DNA of 64,000 nt from Cyanophora paradoxa CCMP329 (Eukaryota > Plantae > Glaucophyta). The position numbers and the translations under genes are program-made. This document shows, piece by piece, positions 35,409 to 47,174 of this stretch. The stretch spans positions 124,001 to 188,000 of the forward strand of contig QPMI01000169.1 of the NCBI GenBank assembly GCA_004431415.1. Reading direction: 5' to 3'. The notes beneath the pieces are model-generated. The model saw only the letters and a program-made list of their open reading frames with translations. It was not told the DNA's origin and made no database searches. How positions within the stretch are numbered: the stretch's first letter is position 1; each line of letters opens with the position of its first letter.

Positions 35409-36180
35409 CTACGCGGGGGCGGCGGGGGCGGGGACGGGCTCGGGGTCCGGGGCGGCGGGGGAGAGGGAGAGGGTCGGGGGAGGGGCGGCGGGGAGGGGCT
35501 GGGCGTTGAGGGCCGGAGAGGTGAGGGCGCTCGAGGCGAGGGAGGCGCCGGGCCTCGGCGAGGTCGAGACGAAGATGGCGGGGGCGGCGAGGGCCTGCAG
35601 CCCCGCCGCCGCCTCCAACGCAGCATCCGCCATCTCCCCTGGCGCCCCGCCCCGCCGGTCAGCTGGAGCCGGGGGGAGGGGGGGCCGGGGGGCCGGGGGG
35701 GGGGGGGGGGGGGGGGGGCGGGGGCGGACCGGGGCGCATGGAGAGGGAGCGGCTGCTCGCGATGCGCGCCTTGGTCCGCGAGCGCGCCAGGCGCCCTGCG
35801 GGGGAGCGGCGTCGGCGCGGGGCCGCGGCGGCGCCCCGGCCCCCTTCGCGCGCGCACGCTGCTCGTCGAAGTCGGGGGCCGGCTCGCGCGGGGGCGGGGG
35901 CAGGCCGTGGCGCTCGCAGAAGGCGCCGAAGGCGGCCTCGGGGATGGAGAGGGCGGCGCGCAGCACGCCGAGCACCTCCAGCACCTCCGGCACGTGCATG
36001 TCCGCCGGCCGCAGGCTCGCCACCACCACCAGGAACGCCCGCTCTGCCCCCCGGCGCCTCAGAGAGAGAGAGAGAGGGCGGCGCGCGGGGAGGAGGGGCC
36101 GGGGCGCGCCGTCGAGCTGGATGCCGTCGACGAGCATGCGCTGGAGCTGGGCCATGATGTAGCGCACCGCCTCCTGGCTC
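35409..36180 (-). pseudogene. Duplicated 3' fragment of the 39776-42520 gene (no 5' part)
   Basis: Matches 39776-40544 and is cut at the duplication junction. Confidence 0.7.
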
Positions 36181-36896
36181 GCACCGTCCCGCAGTCGCCA
36201 CCCTCCGCGCAGCCGGCGCCGGGGCGAGCGTGGAGCTGGGATTGGGTCAAAGGCAACATTCCGATGCAACTGACGTTGGCGCGCGTCGCGGCGATTCCCC
36301 TGTTCATCGTCGTGCGGTACATGCCCATCGGCTGGAGCGCCCAGCTGAGCGCCCTCGTTTTCGTGGCCGCGTGTGTGACGGACTACGTGGACGGCTACCT
36401 GGCGCGGAAGCTGAACCAGTGCAGCCGTCTGGGGGCGTTCCTGGACCCCGTGGCGGACAAGCTGATGGTGGCCGTGGCGCTCGTCGTGCTGGCGGCCTCC
36501 GTCGGCTCGCCGCTGGTCACGCTGCCGGCCTGCGTGATCATCTTCCGCGAGGTGCTCGTCAGCGCCGTCCGCGAGCTCTGCGCCGACCTCGGCAAGCGCG
36601 ACGTCGTCGCCGTCTCCTGGGCCGGCTCAGCCGGCAAGTGGAAGACCGCTTGCCAGGCCCGCCCCGCCCCGCCCCCCGCCCCGCCCGCCGCTGAACGAGC
36701 GGCGCGGCAGATGGTGGCGCTCTCGCTGCTGCTGTGGTGCCCGGACTGGCCGCGGCCGGCGCTGGCGGCGGGGGGCGTGCCGACGCTGCACGGCCTCGGG
36801 GTCGCCTTCCTCTACGCGGCGGCCGTCCTCACCGTCTACTCCATGTGGGGCTACCTCACCGCCGCCTGGCGCGAGCTCGCCGACGAGCTCCTCTAG
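36181..36896 (+). pseudogene. 5'-truncated pgsA duplicate (no promoter or transit peptide; 9-bp in-frame insertion)
   Basis: Starts at the junction within exon 1; VSWAGSAGKWK versus VSWAGKWK in copy 1. Confidence 0.75.
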
Positions 36897-37198
36897 CCGG
36901 CCCCCGTCCCCGCGCATGCGATCCCTTCTCTGCAACTCGACACGCCACTACGACTTGCGCCTGTGGGCCGGGGCGGGGGCGGGGCGGGCTCGGCGCCCAG
37001 GTCCTTGCACGCCCGCCAGGCGGCCCCCATGTAGAGGGCCGCGCCTGCGCGGGGCCGGGGCGTGGGCGGGGCCCCAGGACGGCAGCGGAGCAGAGCAGGT
37101 CCGAGGGACGTACTGTAGACGGCGAGGACTGTAGCACTGTAGAAAAGGACCAGGCCGGTCCAGTACCCGTACTGCGCGGGCGCCCGGCGCTGTGACCA

Positions 37199-37229
<31 letters not shown>

Positions 37230-38288
37230 CGCGAGCCTGGGCGGCGGGGTCGGAGAGGGCGTCGCGGCGCTCGATCGCGAGGAGGATGAAGAGGGCGCCC
37301 ATCTGCGGGGCGGGCGGGCCGGCCTCAGGCCCGCCGCGGGGCCCGAGCTGGGGGCGCGGGGGGGACACCTGGGTGGCGGTCTTCCACTTGCCGGCCCACG
37401 TGACGGCGACAACGTCGCGCTTGCCGACCGTCGCCATCCACTCCCGCACCGCCGAGATCGCTGCCGCGCCGCCTCTGATGCCGCCCAGGAGGGCGGGGGC
37501 GGGGCCGGCGCACCGAACTCCCGCGCGATCATGATGCAGCACGGCACGGAGACCACTGCACACGGGGCGTCAGCTACAGGCGGCGCCTGCGCGCGGTCTG
37601 GTGCGGCAACGCGAGGCGGGGCGAGACTCGGGGCACCAGGGGATGGGTGCTCCTCGATCAGGCTGGCCATGCCCAGCGCTCGGGCATCAGCCGCGCCGCG
37701 GAACGCACGAAGGATGAAACGGCGGGCACCTGATGAGGGAGAGGGCTACGAGGAGCTGCGCGGGCGCCGCGGGAGCTTCAGCGCTAGCTTCGGTGATGAC
37801 TAGGGCGGGTTTCGGGCGCGGGGCGCAGGCTCGCCTTGTCCGCCACCGGATCGAGGAAGGCACCGAACTTCGTGCTCTGCCCGCGTTCGCGTGCGCGGTG
37901 AGGCGGGCGCGCTTCGCGAGAAGGGCACAGCAGGCACCATGCCGAGCTTGCGGGCCGCGAAACCATCGAGGAAGTCCGTAAACTGTCCATCGGGATTCGG
38001 GAGAGCATTTAGCGCTCGCTAGCGGGGCTGCGCGCCCCCAGGTCGCACGCACGCCAGCAACGCCGAATAGAAGCGCGGAGCTCTTGTACTGACCCAGAGC
38101 TCGCAGGAGCATGAGCAACGGGACGAGACCGATTCTGAGATCGTACGACATCAGCGCGACGGTACAGGCACCCGCGCGCGGGGCAGAAAGGACCTTGTTA
38201 GCGTTATCCACACAGCGAGGTTGAACTCGATCCTGTGCTCGTGCCCGGGCCCAGCTTTGTGAGCTGTGCTCTCTGACTTGTGCACCAT
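36893..38288 (-). CDS. Second CDP-alcohol phosphatidyltransferase, copy 2
   Basis: Near-identical to 32528-33924. Confidence 0.75.
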
Positions 38289-38687
38289 TCGGCTGGAAGC
38301 TCGTACGCGTGCAGACGAGCGCACTGCCAATTGCGCGACCGCAGCTGCTCGAAGAAGTGGTTCGCGGGGCGGGATGCGGGCAGCCCGATCACAAGGCTAA
38401 AATAATCTAAAACGAAGGCCGGGCGGCTGCTGATCTTGGATCACACGCTTTTGACGGGGGTACGTACAGCTAGAGTTGGTGGGTAGAGAGTTCCGGGAGG
38501 TCAACCAGGGCCCGTCGAACCGGAGACACCGGCACTCGGCGAGGTCGGAATCTTGAAGGGAACCCCAATCTTATCCAAGGATATACCACAAGCAGCGCCC
38601 CGGCCGCGTCCGACGGTCAGCTAGGCCAGCCGCCTCCGCGCAAGTTGTTCCCGGGCGCTCCGCAACTGCCTTTCCTCAGCCTTCATC

Positions 38688-39704
38688 ATGGGTGGTGCAG
38701 TAGCCAAGGTAATTGCAACAGTAGCCTCGGCGCAAGCGAGGGTTATGCATTGACCGCCGTCCCGCTCCTCGCCAGGTGAAGGAGGGCTTCAACAGTGCCA
38801 AGGAAGGGATCTCGAACAAGTTATCGAAGAGTGCGTCTCCGGGCGCCTGATCGACGTCTGGGGTCGGATGGGCGCCGCCGGGTCGCTGATCATCCCCGCA
38901 GAATGCGGGCCGTGCGGCAAGGACGGCCAGCCCGTGAAGATCAAGGGTATGATGGAGATCAACATCCGACTTCCGGACAAGAGCGGGACCGATAAGGTCG
39001 GTGGGCGCCGCGCCAGCTGCCGGTCCCCGCTCAACTTCGCCGCGGCCCGCCCGCAGATCGGCTACCTGTACATTCCGAAGGACTTCGTGGGCCCCGGGCC
39101 GGACCCCGCGCCCGCGGCGCCGGCCGCCGCTCCGGCCGCTCCGGCCGCCGCTCCTAAAGCCCCTGCCGCGCCCGCCGCCGCCGCCGCCCCCGCGGCCGCG
39201 CCAGCCGCCACCGCTGCACCCGCGCCCGTTGCGGCCGCTCCGGCGGCGCCCGCCGCCGCCGCCGCCGCCCCGGCGGCGCCCGCTGCGCCAGCCCTCCCGG
39301 CTGGCTACGCCGTGCCCGCCCTGCCCGCCCTGCCCGCCCTGCCCGCCCTGCCCCCGATGCCCCAGGTTCGACCGATTCGCCCCGCCAATGAACACCGCGC
39401 GCCGCCGCTGAGGCGATCGCGGGGCAGTGGCCGGGGTACCCGGCGGCGGCGGCGGCGCCGCGGGCGTACGCGGCGGACCCGAGCGACGACGCCGTCGACG
39501 CCGCCGGCGACGACCTCTTCGCCGACGTGCGTGTACCCCCCGGCCCCGCCTCCCCTCGCCGCCCCCTTCCGAGCCTGGGTGCCGGCGCAGGGGAACGGAG
39601 AGCAGCTGGCGGAGGGATGGGCGGACGGGGAGGGCCACGGGCAGATCGCCCTCGAGTTCGACGACGGACGCCCCGACGCCTACGGCGCCTCCTCCCTCCT
39701 CTGA
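38688..39704 (+). CDS. Small orphan Ala/Pro-rich protein, copy 2
   Basis: Near-identical to 34325-35337; the PAAAPA tract is open here; ends GQIALEFDDGRPDAYGASSLL*. Confidence 0.6.
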
Positions 39705-39775
39705 GCGCTTTCCGTTCACGCGATCGCGCTGTTGTGAGCGAAATCATCGAGTGCACGTGCACGCACGGCAGCGGG

Positions 39776-42520
39776 CTACGCGGGGGCGGCGGGGGCGGGG
39801 ACGGGCTCGGGGTCCGGGGCGGCGGGGGAGAGGGAGAGGGTCGGGGGAGGGGCGGCGGGGAGGGGCTGGGCGTTGAGGGCCGGAGAGGTGAGGGCGCTCG
39901 AGGCGAGGGAGGCGCCGGGCCTCGGCGAGGTCGAGACGAAGATGGCGGGGGCGGCGAGGGCCTGCAGCCCCGCCGCCGCCTCCAACGCAGCATCCGCCAT
40001 CTCCCCTGGCGCCCCGCCCCGCCGGTCAGCTGGAGCCGGGGGAGGGGGGCCGGGGGGCCGGGGGGGGGGGGGGGGGGGGGGGGGCGGGGCGGACCGGGGC
40101 GCATGGAGAGGGAGCGGCTGCTCGCGATGCGCGCCTTGGTCCGCGAGCGCGCCAGGCGCCCTGCGGGGAGCGGCGTCGGCGCGGGGCCGCGGCGGCGCCC
40201 CGGCCCCCTTCGCGCGCGCACGCTGCTCGTCGAAGTCGGGGGCCGGCTCGCGCGGGGGCGGGGGCAGGCCGTGGCGCTCGCAGAAGGCGCCGAAGGCGGC
40301 CTCGGGGATGGAGAGGGCGGCGCGCAGCACGCCGAGCACCTCCAGCACCTCCGGCACGTGCATGTCCGCCGGCCGCAGGCTCGCCACCACCACCAGGAAC
40401 GCCCGCTCTGCCCCCCGGCGCCTCAGAGAGAGAGAGAGAGGGCGGCGCGCGGGGAGGAGGGGCCGGGGCGCGCCGTCGAGCTGGATGCCGTCGACGAGCA
40501 TGCGCTGGAGCTGGGCCATGATGTAGCGCACCGCCTCCTGGCTCGCGCTCCCCTGCGCGAGCACGCGCTGCGCCGCCAGCACGTAGGCCGCCGAGGAGGC
40601 CGCCGAGGTCGTGGAGGCGATGCGGGCGAGGGCGTGGCCGCGCTCGCTCTCGAGGCGCATGGCGGCGAGGCCCTCGTGGGGCCCCGGGGCGGCGGCCCCC
40701 GCGGCGGCGAAGCGGAAGCCGCGGAACTTGGCCTCGAAGACGCGCCGCCGCTCGAACTCCTTCTCCCGCAGCCGCTCCCGCAGCCGCTCCTCCTGCGCCC
40801 CGTGCGCCTCCCAGAAGCCCTCCCGCGCCTCCCGCAGCTGCCACCCGCCTCGCCGCCGGCGGGACGGGGCGGGGCGGGGCGGGGCGGGCGGGGCGGGGCG
40901 GGGCGGGCGGGGCGGGGCGGGGCGGGCCTGGGAGCGGCTGTCGGTGCAGGCGTAGGCGGGCCGCAGGGCGGCGACGTCGGCGTCCGTGATCTCCTCCCGC
41001 AGCTGCCGCCCCGCACGGGCGTCAGCGCGGGGGCAGCGCGGGGGCCTCTCGGGGCGGCGCGCCTTGCGGGTGAGCTTCTCGATGCGGCGCTCCTCCTCGA
41101 TGAAGCTCGGCTGCTGCGCCACCCGCCGCGGCGCGAACGGCACCTTCCCCCGCCCCCGCGTCAGGCGCCGGCGAGCGATCGGGCGGGGCAGGGGGCGGGC
41201 GGACGCGGAGGAGGGAGGGGAGGAGGGCCTGGGACTCCTCCGCCGTGAGCGTCGGGGCCTCCTTCTCCCTGCGCGCCCCCTCAGCTTTGCGGGGCGCGCC
41301 CCGGGGCGGCGGGGACGGCGCGCACTCGGGGTAGCGGGCGGACAGGCGGGAGGCGGCCGGCCGCGGGCCGACGCTGAGGGTGGAGCGCGGCGGGCTCATC
41401 CCGCCCATGGGACCCACGCTGAGGGTCGAGGCGGGGGGGAACGAGGCCGTCACGGAGATGGACGCCGCCAGCGAGGCCACGCTCCCCTCCTGCCATCCGC
41501 CACCCTCGGCCCGGCCCGGCGGTGGGGGATGGGAGAAGAGCGGGGGGCGCACCCGGGGGCGCTGCACGGGGACGGAGGCCCGCGCGAAGCCTCCGGCGGG
41601 GGGCGGGGGGCCCGGCGGCGGCCGCGGGGAGCGGATCACGCTGCGGGGAGGGTCGGGATTCGACGCGGGCGGGCGGCGGGCCCTGGCGCACTCGTCGAGG
41701 GGCTCAGTGGCGGCTTTCACTGTGGGGGGGTCGGCCGGGGGCGGGGCGCGCGGGGCGCGGCGGGCCGGGGCCGGGGCGGACGCACGGACTTCGGCGGCGC
41801 TGCCGCGGGGCTGGAGGGGGAGGTAGATGAAGGGGTCCACCAGGTCTTCGAAGAGGTACCCACCCCGCACGTTCCGCACCCGCGCGTCGCTCCGCTCGAC
41901 CGCCCGCTTCAGCTCCTCGAAGGCCGGCCGCCGCCGCCCCTGCCGCTCTGCCCGCCCGGCCTCAGCGGCGCGCAAGCGTCGGGCCTGCTGCACGCGCACC
42001 CCGGGGCTTCTGGGGCGCCGGGGGCTCGGGGTGCTTCGGGCGCTCGTCCTCCCCGCCCGCCGTCGGCGGCGGCCTTGGGACTTCCCTGCTAGCCCGTGAG
42101 GAGCCCGCGGGGCGGGGGGCGCGGGAGGGCTCACGGGCGCGTCCTCCTCCCGTACTCGGGCGCCTGGTTCTTGTAGTTCCGCTTGATCTGGAACTCTGCA
42201 GCGCAGTTCGACGGGCGAGACGCTGAGGTGACGCGAGGGCGGCGGCGCACCGAGCGCCAGGTCCGGGGTCCCCAGGGGCCTGTAGTCGAGAGAGCGGTCC
42301 GAGAACCAGCCGCGTGTCGAGCGCTCCTCGCTCCGAGCGACTGGCCCTCCGTCAGCGTAGCGGGCGTCAGCGCGGCGGCGACGCATTTACCCGCATCGTA
42401 CTCGGGCTCTTCTGCAGAGCGGAACTGCAGCGGGAGCCGAAGGAGGACCCGCGTGTGCGTGTACTTCGTGCCGGCGTCCTTGTCGGCCCGCCGCTTAAAG
42501 GTGCTCTCCTCCCGGGGCAT
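39776..42520 (-). CDS. Protein of unknown function (multi-exon, low complexity plus coiled coil)
   Basis: Coding-like exons (EFQIKRNYKNQAPEYGR, YLFEDLVDPFIYLPLQP, SFIEEERRIEKLTRK, EAVRYIMAQLQRMLVDGIQLDG) flanked by typical introns; start uncertain. Confidence 0.6.
40866..40925 (-). repeat. (CCCCG)n intronic array on the sense strand of a minus-strand gene
   Basis: Appears as a (GGGGC)n run on the + strand. Confidence 0.85.
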
Positions 42521-42843
42521 CGCGGCTGGTGCGGATCGTCACCTCCTTCAATAAAAAGCGGGTCTCGCCGGTCGCGTGCGCTGTGGATCACTTCCTTAGG
42601 GTCGCCTGTCAGAGGATCTCGCCATAAGCCGGACGGGGCGCGACCCAAGCGCTGCAGTCGGCTCGCCTCAGCGCTGCTGAGCTGGCCGCGGCCGGATGGA
42701 TCCGGAAGCGAGTTCCAGGATGGGCTCGGAGGTCCTAATCGAGTACCACCCGCCAGAGCGAACGAAGCGAACCCGCAAGTGCGAACGCAGGCTCGGGCCC
42801 TGAGAAGGCGCAGCCTGGGACGGCACGAAAGAAGCTGCACTTC

Positions 42844-42896
42844 GCGCGCACGAGCGCTAGCGCCCAACTGCGCGCACGAGCGCTAGCGCCCACCTG
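42844..42896. repeat. Two-copy 26-bp intergenic tandem repeat containing the GCGCTAGCGC palindrome
   Basis: gcgcgcacgagcgctagcgccca(a/c)ct occurs twice. Confidence 0.85.
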
Positions 42897-42983
42897 CCAC
42901 ACCGCGCCGGCCTACCCACCTAAATGCCGGATGCATGCCACGGCGCTAGGGAATCGATTTGAAACAAAGAAACCACAAGAGAA

Positions 42984-44449
42984 CTAGAAAAGATTGAGGC
43001 CCGTCGTCAGGGCGAAGAGCAGGAAGAGGGCGCCGCTGATGTAGCCAATGGTCTGGCGAGGCCGCCAACGATCAGTCTCGACGGCGAGACGAGAGAGGAA
43101 AGAAGGGAAAAGGGGAACCTTCTCGGAGATGTACTTGGCGAGCAACGCGCCGCCGATAACCGCCACACCAGTGGACATCGCGTGGCCGAGGATCGCGCCG
43201 AGGGCGACGCCTGCGGCCCCGGGCGGGTCGGGCGCCGCCGGCGCGGGGGGAAGAGGGAGGAGAGAGGGGGCGGACCGAGGGGCCCCTTGGCGGTGGCAAG
43301 GGCGATGGTGGCGAGCATGGAGCGGTCGCCCCACTCGTTGATGAAGACGAGGGTGAAGGCCTCCGCGATGATCCGCCACGCCCGCGACTTGTCCTCCCAC
43401 GTGTCCACGTCCCCCAGCCGCTTGATCGCCTTCTCCACCTCCTCCTCCGCCTCCTTCTCCTCCTCCGCCTCTGCGCGGGTGGGGGGCTCGCCCGCTGCCG
43501 CCGGGGCGGGGCGGGGCGGGGCGGGGCGGGGGGCGCGGACCGTCCTCGGCGGTGTGCATGTCCCACGAGTTCTTGAGGGTGCGGAGGCCGAAGAAGACGA
43601 GGAGGGCGATGGAGCCGTAGTGCGTGACCGACTCGGGCAGGTACTTCAGCACGCCCGCCATGAGGATGCAGAGGATCTGCCGCCCGCTCGCCCGGCGCCC
43701 CGCGGGCGGGCGGCAGGACGGGCGGGGGCGCGCACGGTCATCGCGGAGAGGGCGCTGAGGGAGCCGGTGAGGACGAGGCTGCGCGGGTAGCGCATGGCGA
43801 GGATCGCAGAGATGAAGAAGGTCTTGTCGCCGATCTCGGAGATGGCGATGAGCACGAGCGATGCCGTGAATCCAGAGAGCGCCTCCTGCAGGCTCATGCC
43901 CGCGACAGTGCCGCCGAAGGCCAGAGCGGGCGTCGCCGCAAGGGCGAAGAGAGCTACGGGCCAGGCGCTGCTCTTCGTGAGCCTCTCCCACCACGACTCC
44001 GGCTCCGCGCGAGAGACGCCGCTAGCATCGGATTCCGCATCGCTCTTGCCAGCCGCCGACGGGGACGACTGCTCTTCGCAGACAGGACCAGCGAGCGGCG
44101 CGACGGACTGGCGCGACGGGTGCCGGAAGAGAGACCGCACAACCCTCGCCGCATGGTGGTGTGCCCCGAAGCTGGAGCGCGCGCCGCCAAGGAACTCCCG
44201 CCGCCCAACGCCGATCACAGCCGACTGCCCTGTCGCGCCGCAGGCATTCGGCCGGCCGTGCGAACATGTAGCCTGAGAGCTGCTGCCCGATATCCGGAAC
44301 GCACGCGCCGGTTGGATCACCGCGCGCGGGCTGCTTCGATCGGCGCGTGCCTCGTGCACGGCCACCGCCGAAGTCAGCCTGCATGCTACACTGTCTGCAT
44401 AGCTGTGCGAGCTAGACGGCTGGGGCAGGACGAAGGCGTGGCTGGTCAT
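42984..44449 (-). CDS. GDT1/TMEM165 (UPF0016) Mn2+/Ca2+ transporter, plastid type (PAM71/CMT1-like)
   Basis: Both family motifs [10 protein letters not shown] and [15 protein letters not shown]; [10 protein letters not shown]; long presequence starting MTSHAFVLP. Confidence 0.93.
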
Positions 44450-44607
44450 CGCTCGACGTAATCTCGCAAGCGCGCCCGTACCCGTCCGGCGGCAGCATTT
44501 CTGCGGGCTAGGCATCAGCGCGCATGCAAGTATCTCTACGCGATCAGTGAGCAGCAATACATCAATCCACCGGCGCCTTTCCGCCGGTCGAGCAAGCGCT
44601 TCGAGCG

Positions 44608-47037
44608 ATGAGCTCGACCGAGGAGGAGCTGGAGGAGGCGTTATCGCGCGCGAAGCGCGAGCTCGCTCCGGAGGTTCTGCGGGCTCTGGAAGCGCTCGAG
44701 GAGTTCCTGCCAGAGGTCAGTCCACAGCCGCGCGAGGCTTCTTCCGCTCACGCACGCGCGCGCGGCGGCAGGAACCCTGCGACGAGGACGAGGATGAGAG
44801 CGAGGAGGAGGATGACGCAGATCGGTGCGCGCTTCGCGCGGGAGGGGGTCTCTTGCGTAACGGCGCGCTCGCGCAGCCGGAGAGGGGCGCTGCAGGCGGA
44901 GCTGGCGCTCGTGCGGTTGCTTGCAGGCAGCGGCGCGCGTTCGGGGGCGGCCTCCGTCCCCGAGCGCGACGAGGAGCTCGCGCAGCTGAAGGTGCAGCCG
45001 CGGCGATCGGCCGCTCCGCGCCCTCGCGCGGGGGCGGAGACGCGGCGGCGCAGGCACAGCTGGCGGCGGCGCAGGGGGAGGTCGGGGGGCTGAAGGCGAG
45101 CGAGCAGGCCGCGCCCGTGCATCCCCGGGGCGCCGACGGGGCGGGCGCAGGGGAGCCTCGAGGCGGCGGTGGCGAGCCTGGAGGACTTCGAAGCCCTGCG
45201 CCGCTGCATCGGCTCCCTCGAGGTGCCCGCTTCCTCCCGGCCGGCGCGGTGCGGCCTCAGGGGACGTGCAGGAGGACGTGCGGACGAAGCAGGAGCAGCT
45301 GGGCACCCTCCTCGTCGAGCTGACGGCCAAGGTGGCCGCGGCGGCCCCGGACGCGCGCGCGCCCCTGACGCGGCGGCAGACGGAGCGGGAGGCGAACGTG
45401 GAGGCTCAGGCGGAGGCGCTCCTGACGGAGCTCGCGCGCGCGGTGCGCCGGAGCCGCCCCGCCGGCCCTGGGCGCGGCGGCTGAGGCGGGGGCAGCGGGC
45501 GATGGCGGGGAGCGGGAGGCGCAGCTCGCCGCCTCCGAGGCCGACCGCGCCGCCAAGGCCCGGCCCCGCCCCCGCCGCCCCTCCCCGCCCGCCCCGCCCG
45601 AGACGCCGGGCGCGCAGGCAGAGGAGATCGACAAGCTGTGCCAGGAGGTCGCCGAGGTGCCCCGCGCTTCCCGCTCCCGCCGGCGGCCCTCCCGGCGCCC
45701 CCGACGCCCCGGGCAGATGGAGCGGGCGGCGCGGGGGCGCGGGAGGAGGCGGCGGCGGCGGCGGCGCGGGCGGCGGCGGAGGCGGATTCGCTGCGGGGCG
45801 CCCTGGCAACGCGCGAGGCGGAGCTCAACCACGTCCTCGCCGAGGCGAGGCGCAGTGCCCGCCCGCCCTCTGGCGCGGCGCCCGCTGAGGGCCTGCCTCT
45901 GCAGTGGTCGCGGCTGGAGGAGCGGGTGCGGGAGATGGAGGCTCAGGCCCGCGCCCGCGACTTCGAGTGCGGCCCGCCGGCGCCGCCCCCGCCCACGCCT
46001 CGCCCACGCCCCCGCCCACGCCCCCGCCCCGCCCGCAGCCTGCGCGGCATGGAGCGCTGCGCGCTGGCCGAGGCGGCGGCGCGCAAGGAGGCGGAGGCGG
46101 CGGCGCGGCGGAGCCGGGAGGCCCTCGAGCGGCTGACGCGGCGGGCGCGGGGCCGGCGGCGCGCCTCGAGCAGCGGCACGGGCTCTGAAGGGACGCCGCC
46201 CTCCCCGCGCCCCCGCGCCCCGCGCCCTTCCGGTCCGCCCCGCACTCCCACCACCCCGCCGTCCCCACGCCGCACCCGACGCCGCGGTGCGCGCAGGCGG
46301 CGGGGCGGGGCGGGGCAGCGGCTGCGGCCGGGGCGGGGGCGCCGCTGCGGGTGTGGCTGCGGGCGCACTTCGGCCCGCGCGGCTGCAGCATCGAGACGCG
46401 GAACATGCAGCCGCTCTCCATCCAGGCGCCAGCCCCGTCCCCGCGCCCCCGGCCCCGCCCTCCCTCTCACGCCCCCCCGCCCGCAGTTCGGCGGGCACCC
46501 GCGGGGCTCCCGCGGCAAGCAGCAGCAGTGCCCGCCGCCGCGCCCCCGCCGCGCCCTGCGGCTCCGCATGACACGTGCCCCCACGCAGGGACGCCGGCCT
46601 CCCGTCGGGCACGGAGGGGGTGCGTGCGCGGGCGCGCGCCCCCCGCAGCCGCCAGCCCCGACGCCGGCCGCCAGGTGCTCGAGGTGCACGCTCTCGTGCA
46701 GGTGCAGGCGGCGGCGGCGGAGGGCGCGCCGGGGCCTTCGGGCTCGGGCTCGGGCGCGGGGCCGGTGGCGCAGCAGGCGCAGGAGCCGCCGGACGTCGGG
46801 TCGCTCTCCCTCGACCCCCCCGCCCTCGCGGGCCCGGGGGCCGTCGCCGTCTTCCCCAGCGCCCCGCAGTCCCCCGCCTCCGCGGGAGGCGGGCTCGCCC
46901 CCTCCGGCCCCCCCTCCCCGCGCCCCAAGCCCTGGGGCTCCCCGAGCCCAGGCCCAGTTCCCTCGGGGCCCGTGCGGGGCCTGTACGCCACCCCCTCCGA
47001 GAGGAGCTCCGCCAGCGACGCCCCGCCGTACTCGTAG
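44608..47037 (+). CDS. Coiled-coil protein of unknown function
   Basis: Successive Glu/Ala/Leu heptad-rich exons (MSSTEEELEEALSRAKRELAPE, QEDVRTKQEQLGTLLVELTAK, WSRLEERVREMEAQ) with typical introns; TAG at 47035-47037. Confidence 0.6.
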
Positions 47038-47174
47038 CCCAGTTGCTGCTGGCTAGCGCTAGTCGGACCTCAATGCATACATTTTACCAGGTTTTGGTGA
47101 TACGCAACTAAAACAGCACTAGGCGCAGGCGGCTAGAATCGGCATCTCGGCTGCTGGGCTGCTGGGCGGCTGGG

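Larger units (their letters stand above)
31825..36180. repeat. Tandem segmental duplication, copy 1 (~4.36 kb)
   Basis: Sequence from gcaccgtcccgcagtcgcc (31825) to cgcctcctggctc (36180) recurs almost identically from 36181. Confidence 0.95.
36181..40544. repeat. Tandem segmental duplication, copy 2
   Basis: Differs from copy 1 by homopolymer-length indels and one 9-bp insertion; 2-bp GC microhomology at the junction. Confidence 0.95.

Noticed and set aside
35061-36896. 611-aa ORF appearing to fuse a novel N-terminus to PgsA
   Set aside because: It crosses the duplication junction; the N-terminal part is the tail of one gene plus the antisense of another, open only because stops are rare at this GC content.
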